This document shows, piece by piece, positions 46,021 to 46,271 of a stretch of 46,271 nucleotides of DNA. The notes below the pieces were generated by a model, which was not told where the DNA came from, searched no databases, and was given only the letters and a program-made list of their open reading frames with translations. This DNA comes from Cladosporium halotolerans (lineage: Eukaryota): NCBI RefSeq assembly GCF_011745625.1, contig NW_027191478.1:310001-356271 (forward strand). The letters are read 5' to 3'. The position numbers were made by a program, and so were the translations under genes. How positions within the stretch are numbered: position 1 is the stretch's first letter; each line of letters begins with the position of its first letter.

Positions 46021-46271
46021 CTTTACTGCAGGCTGTTGGTGTATTGACAGGACTGAGCTTGCGAGTCTATTGATTCGCAACAAATACTCTGAAAAGTGTG
46101 CACCTATCCTTGCCAGATGTTGATGATGATGATGAACTTTATTCCGCCCGGCGCTAAGCACCTAAAGGGCAACACTCTGTTTACGTCTAAAAGTCTACGT
46201 CCACCTTGAAGAGATTGAATCAGACACAGCCCCCAAACTCATTGTCCTTCACCGCGGAGTCATCTTGACAA

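Overview
Gene-dense, intron-containing genomic DNA from a filamentous ascomycete. A Dothideomycete is the likely source, inferred from gene content and intron style. I can model about 22 intact or probably intact protein-coding genes by reading splice signals across the ORF track. They are the 3' end of a hydroxynaphthalene-reductase-like SDR, an MFS (DHA1) transporter, a secreted amidase, a DUF4112 protein, IMP1, an FAD monooxygenase, CPS1, ORC3, a Ctr2-type copper transporter, a GH105 hydrolase, a large ADF-H/PH-like protein, OHCU decarboxylase, PTM1, GEP4, a hexose transporter, an uncharacterised membrane protein, a secreted Kex2-type protein, a YLR345W-like PFK2/FBPase2, TOM40, NOPCHAP1/DUF4598 and a Gfo/Idh/MocA oxidoreductase. 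There are also two gene relics. I see no RNA genes, CRISPR arrays or recognisable transposons. The most interesting signals are regulatory or structural: (1) an in-frame alternative 3' splice site in the Ctr gene that would add or remove an ExxxLL vacuolar sorting motif; (2) a perfect UaY-type TCGG-N6-CCGA palindrome flanked by GATA sites upstream of OHCU decarboxylase; (3) many AAG splice acceptors; (4) a C-rich-to-G-rich gradient along genes that appears to reset exon by exon. All models are manual and no database searches were run.
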